Assembly (NCBI GenBank): GCA_004764695.1
Contig: SMSO01000014.1
Location: forward strand, 1,669,648-1,733,647
Direction of reading: 5' to 3'
Length of the DNA stretch: 64,000 nt
Source: Schizochytrium sp. TIO01
Taxonomy: Eukaryota > Protista > Bigyra: Labyrinthulomycetes
Shown here: one piece after another, positions 58,471-64,000 of the stretch
Numbering within the stretch: the stretch's first letter is position 1
Layout: the number at the start of each line of letters is the position of its first letter
The notes under the pieces: model-generated
The model's input: only the letters and a program-made list of their open reading frames with translations
Told to the model about the DNA's origin: nothing
Databases searched by the model: none
Made by a program: the position numbers and the translations under genes

Positions 58471-61400
58471 TTGTCACACGCTATAAGTATACAACAACAC
58501 TAATTTTAGTTTTTGCCAAAGACCAGAAAGTGATCTATCGAAGAAACTCTCTAATGTCACAATCGCCTTTACGGATCTGAGGTCGATATGTTCGTGCTAG
58601 TATATCGATGGTCCTCTCTCTGCGTCTGCGCAGCTCCTCCTCGTACTATATATATAGTTCCTAATGCTCTCTTGAGGTAAATAGTTGTTTTGTAATTGGC
58701 CAGCTATAAATGACGCAGCAAAACCCACACAAAAACAAGAGCAGAAAGCAAAACAGGAAGGGGCACAGGAATCGGAAGTGCAGTGCGGAGATTCAATCTG
58801 GTCGATTTGCTATCCCTTTGCTTTCGTGCGATCCGATTTGGCGTCAGTTGTTATGAGGCTGCTTGGCGGCTCTTGAACTCTTTCCTTATTTATTCGAGTT
58901 GTTTTGCGTCGTTTGTTTTAAAATTTGAAGAGAAAAATTGCTCGCCGCGCGTCCGAGTCAAGGCAAGAAAGCGAGCGAAAGCCCCCAAGCTGCTGCTTCG
59001 CTATTGCGCTCTGGCGCACCGATCAGGCTGGCAGATGGGTGGTGCTAGATCCCCGTGTCTGCGTCAGCTTAGGCAATAGGTGGCAGCCGAAGAGCGTAGA
59101 TCAAACTCCCTGATGAGTTAGTCAAATAATGCAAACGCTAGCCGTCTCGCCTTTCGAAGATGATGGCGGTCAAGACGGAGCTGAGGAGAAAGCCGAAGTA
59201 GAGAAGAAAGGAGCTCTACGCAGGCGATCTGTGCGGCCTCCGTGCGGTCGTTTGAGGTTTCCCTGTCAGCTGGGCGGCCTGGCAGCCGGGTTCGCTGCCC
59301 GCTTCGAAGACTCGCTGGTTGGCGTCAGGAATGGATCGCGAGTTTGATTTTTGTTTCTTTGTTTCTTTGTCTGTCTGACTTTCTGTTTGTTTCTTTCTTT
59401 GTTTATTTCTTTCCTTTTCTTTTCTTTTCGCAATCACACCTTCCAAAATCAACAATTCATTTCATCTCCCTTTCTCTACTATCATCCACACTACCTGACC
59501 ACATTTTAAAAATTAAAATAATTTGTTTAATTAATTAAAAATAAAGTACGAAAAAACAAAAACAAAAACTAATTTTAGTAGTACAGCAGCATCCATAACT
59601 TATCCCAATCGCAAGTGACGATGGAGAACTAACCATCACAGGCAGAGCGAGGTTCTAAGGGCCTCCGCTTCGAACCATGAGCAGATAAAGTAGAAAGGAA
59701 GGAGGACGCGTACAATGGCACTGTTAATTCGTTGTTGACGACGAATGCACCTTCACATTACTACTGCCTATTCTTGAGAGGGGCTCCCTCTTGCTTTTCT
59801 TCTTTCCTCCTGGACTGCTGCCTTTGCTTCCTCTTCGCCTTTTTCTTCGGAAACCATTTACAAAACGCAGTATATTCTGTCTCCTATCGATGACTATTTC
59901 TACTCTAGTCATTAAAACAAAAACAAAGAATAGAATCACAGTCGGTAATAAAAGATGTCACCTTCTTCTCCTTTTTCCGTCTCTTTTTCCTTCCCTTGGT
60001 TAACAATAAAATAAAATAAAATAAAATAAACTTTAAAAAGAAACAAAAAAACTGATCGATCGAGCCCTTCAACAATTTTCAGTCAAGCTCCGCTCCTCGT
60101 TTCCTTTTATCAGCAATGCGCTGACCCCAAATGCAGGAAGACAGCTAGCTATCTATGTATCAAGCTCGCCACCGAAGCTGGCAGGCGAGAGAGAGACTGC
60201 CTACTGCCTACTGCAGATGAAAGGACGAAAGGATCGGCCAAAGTCCTTTCTTTCCTACGTTGGTGATAATTGTGTCCACCAGAGCAGGAAAGGAAACCGC
60301 GGGGGTTTGGCCATGCGCGCTTTCTTGTATTCGCCCACGCCCGGTTCTCACTCGCACGAAAACCTCAATTTTAAAAATAAAAAAAAGCTCTAAGGCTGCT
60401 TAATAAGCGCCTACCTACCAGTTTCAAGAGTGTTTCCATAACAAAACAAAAAAAGGTTGATTGCTTTAGTTTTCTTCTAACTTTACTTATAGGCTATATA
60501 CAGTAGGCAGTAATTACAGTTTGCCAAACACTGCATAACCAATTGATGAGACGATCGACGATGAACGAAGAGCGTGATGAAATTGCGTATACTTTATTTA
60601 TTCTTGAAATTTGCATAAGTCAGCTATCACCAATGTAGACAAATACAACCCAAGCCGGGGCTGGCTCGCTCACAGTCTACATCTTAACGAAGGAAGGCCG
60701 ATAAAGACGCTCGTGCTGCGATAATGATGATCGTGACGATGATGCCCAAGACTGATAAATAGTTAGTTAGTTATTTAGTTAGTTATTTAGTTAGTTAGTT
60801 GTAGGTCTAGGCAGTGGGGTTTCTTTCTTCTATTAAAAAAATAATAATGATGTAAAAGAAGTTGACTATTTTTACTTTTCGTACTAAAAAATAGTGAAGT
60901 GCTGCATAAATGAATGAGTGAGCGAACAAAATCAACCATCCAGAGTGAGTGAGTGCGTGCGTGCGTGGGCGCAATCTATGCATTGACGCATTCGTCCGCC
61001 AGGCTGTTGATAAATTTGATGGACTCGTTAATCAGGTCACTCATCGTTATTGAAGTCGTGGCCACCGTCGGTCGAGATTGAGATCGTTTCACAAGGAAAC
61101 AAAGAAAGAATAAATCAATTAATCAATTAATCGCGCATTCGGTATAACCCATCCTCCGCAAAACTGTTGAAAATGCCAATGCATCGATTGATGAATCCTT
61201 TCCAAGCACCAAACCCTCCAGAGCAAGAAAACCCCTCAACAAGTCAACTTTCGCAACGAAACCAGCCCGAACGAAGGAGATACAACCTCAACTTGAAGAG
61301 GCCTCAAGAGCGCGGAAACGCCTAGAGCGACAGCCTAAACGAGACTCGCAATGCAGTTCTGGCAGAGTAAAGTATGGTATGTATGTATGTCTGTATATAT

Positions 61401-62930
61401 CATATGTACGTGTTCCTTCTAAAACCCCTAAAGATTTGAGCGATGTGATGATGAAGGAGTTCTTTGGAATTAATTAATTCTCCCAGATTATGAAGAACCT
61501 GGCTCACCCCTACGGTTCATCTCGAGTGCCCAACTTGAAAAGCGATCGTTGCCTGAAAAGGCTAAACCGAAGCGTTCATACTTCGATCTTCAACCGCTGG
61601 CGACGGCACTTTCCCGTGCGTGCATTCCCTCAATTTTCATCTTGCGTTGAAGGCGCCCTTATCATGCACGTACTACGATAGCTCTTCATACGCCGAATTG
61701 GAGTGAAAAGAAAAGAATCTGAGAAGGTCCTCGAAAGAGGCCCATCCATAACTATTCGGCGTTCTACAGAGACTTACTCTGCGCCAAACACTTTGATACG
61801 AGTATAGCGCGGCCCCACGTTCTCCATATTCCCTGGCCTCCCTCAGATACGAGATTAAGGTGAGGGAGACTTCGCTATGGTGTGCTTGTAGTGACTTGAC
61901 TCTCCCGTTCTCCGCGAGTAAGACGGGAAAGAACTTGGTTAGGCACGACTTTTCAGTTCATCTTCGAACCTTCAAAGAAAAGAAGGCCACCAAACGCACG
62001 CACTCATAACATGCACTCAGCGGTCTCTACATGTCCAGCACTCGCTTCGGCCTCCGTGTGCGGAGACTTCGTAGAGCCACAAAGCAACAACGAGCTGCTC
62101 ATGAATGGATGTATGTATGTATGTATGTATGCGTGCCCATTTATATCAAATATCGAGAGACATGTATCAACCCACTCGCGAATACATCGTGAAAGAACTC
62201 TTTTCTATAGCTAGTTAACCATAAAAACAAAGTATTTGAGGATTGCAAAATGTAATGCAGAGTAGAGAAAACCAGTTGAAGACTGTCTCATTAGAATCCA
62301 CCCCAAGTAATACCTAGAACAGGAGACTGCAATTCCTCGCGTGGGTTAAGTCTTCTGATGAATAAATGCGGAGTACCTTTCGATTCTGCCATGCACGCTT
62401 CAAAGCGGCGGCCTTTCGGGCTCCTCGGAGAAAAACGAGCAGTGAGAGGACCTGATAACTAATAAATGGTAATATAATCTGGATGCCACAATTTTACCAT
62501 GTTTCCCTTTGCGATTAAGAGGTTAGTAAGAAAAGGAAAGAAGAAAAAAAGAGCAAAAGAACACTGACTGATATTCATCTTTCGTTGATTTCCAATGAAT
62601 ACATACATCAATCGATCTATTTTCAACAGCCCTAGCTCTAGAACGGCAGAAGATTTCCACTGCAGTGCTTGCCAAAGCTGCTGCACTAAATCTTCCTTGG
62701 CTACCCGCCAGGGCTGCTTCGAGGCACTGCTGACGGAGCGTTGAGTTCAATCTGTAACGAACGAATCAAGCCACCGTCGTGAATTGTAATTGTGATCCTG
62801 CATGAACAGACGGAGAAAAGAAAGAAACACAGCCATCGTTGATAACAACAAACACAAAAACATACCGCTTTTATAACCACATTCAATTGGAGAAGACCGA
62901 CCTCAGTTGAAAGTTTTTAGTTTTAAAAAT

Positions 62931-62956
62931 AAATAATAATAATAATAATAATAATA
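62931..62956. repeat. (AAT)n microsatellite
   Basis: Read directly from the sequence. Confidence 0.85.
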
Positions 62957-63645
62957 AAAATTAAAATGATCTCCTGTCGAAAACGAGAAACTATCGACTC
63001 CAATCGTGCCTAGTTGCGACTACCGAACTGCTACCAGCTCTCTCTGCCTACCACACTAATCATCTCCAGCATCTCACCCATAATAACACCATAATTTTCT
63101 TTTCTGTAAGTGGAAAAGAAAGAAAGAAAGAAAAAAGAAAGAAAGAAAGAGAGACTCCTTCGTTTGCTCAGCTCAGCTCAGCTCGCTCGGCGCGGCACCT
63201 CGGCTCAGCGGCGGCTCGGGCCTCGTGACGGCAGCGGCGACGCTCTCTCTGTCTCTCTGTCTGTCTTTCTGAGGCCCTGGCAGGCGGCCTGAGGCCTTCG
63301 TCGTCTCCAGCGGCCTTCTGCAACACAGGCAGGCGAGCAGGCGAGCAGGCGAGCAGGCGAGAGGTCAAAGAACGCGGCGATGCTGCTACTCACTTTGGGT
63401 TAATTAAGTAAAAAGGCGAAGTGAACCAATCAATGAAGCATTAAGTATCAATAGATTTAAGTGGCGCGTTCTAATATTGCAGCGTGGCGTTCTCTTTTTC
63501 CTTTCTTTTTCTCTTTTCTTTTCGTTTCTCTTTTCTCAAAGGCAGGCACTGAAACGGCGTTCCGTTTAAGGCGTTCTCTGAACAGAACGATGCGCAAGCA
63601 GGCGAAGATGACGAAGGAAGGCTTCAATGGCAGCGCATTCATTTT

Positions 63646-63721
63646 CATTCATTCATTCATTCATTCATTCATTCATTCATTCATTCATTCATTCATTCAT
63701 TCATTCATTCATTCATTCATT
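63646..63721. repeat. (CATT)~19 microsatellite
   Basis: Perfect tetramer run. Confidence 0.95.
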
Positions 63722-64000
63722 CACTCATTTGGTGACTTTGGGTTGAACTCGGTTGTTTCATCGGAGTCAGTCACGCTCGTCTGCGAGGAGCTAGCTAGCT
63801 AGCTAGCTGTAAATAACAAGGTCTGCCTGAGTCCGCTGAGCCGCGCGGTTCTCGTTCATGGACCCTGCGAAACCGGCGTACTCTGCTTGTTTCCTGCTTT
63901 TGCTAACTAGGGAGCTTGGGATTCGCTCAATCATCCATTCATTGATGTTAGTTAGTTCATTGGTTCATTGACTTCGCCAACTCAGCATATTACTACTCAG

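Noticed and set aside
59105-59155. Hammerhead-like CTGATGAG...AAAC...GTC
   Set aside because: The core has GCAAA instead of GAAA, and stem I cannot form.
61838-61930. Two short hairpins (CTCCCTCA/TGAGGGAG; TCCCGT/ACGGGA)
   Set aside because: Stems of 6-8 bp with no family motif cannot be distinguished from chance.
1-64000. CRISPR arrays, rRNA, spliceosomal snRNAs, intact transposons
   Set aside because: By eye I found no repeat-spacer pattern, no rRNA or snRNA signature, and no transposase, RT or integrase ORF.

Overview
This is eukaryotic nuclear DNA from an intron-poor, gene-dense microbial eukaryote. Tectonic implies a flagellated stage. The 'SPTAAPT'/'RRQLQ' linkers and tetramer-microsatellite intergenic DNA suggest a stramenopile such as a thraustochytrid, which is an inference only. 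About 14 protein-coding genes lie between 9.8 and 58.5 kb: a polyQ/Cys-His-repeat protein, an RCC1-PH-TBC RabGAP, a CaMKK-like kinase, a spliced FMO, URB1, IRE1, tectonic, a PP6-like phosphatase, PIGN, an amidohydrolase, a TSTD2/TrhO rhodanese, a PROSER3-like protein, an AlkB-like oxygenase and a membrane-anchored Sec14 protein. The flanks (about 1-9.5 kb and 58.5-64 kb) have no recognisable genes and are microsatellite-rich. The best candidate for something new is an IRE1 with a non-RD (HCD) kinase and a C-terminal TTP-type CCCH zinc finger. Other points of interest are two genes (PIGN, tectonic) each split by a single +1 frameshift, probably from assembly indels, and several enzymes with altered canonical motifs. 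I could not support any rRNA, tRNA, CRISPR array or intact transposon.
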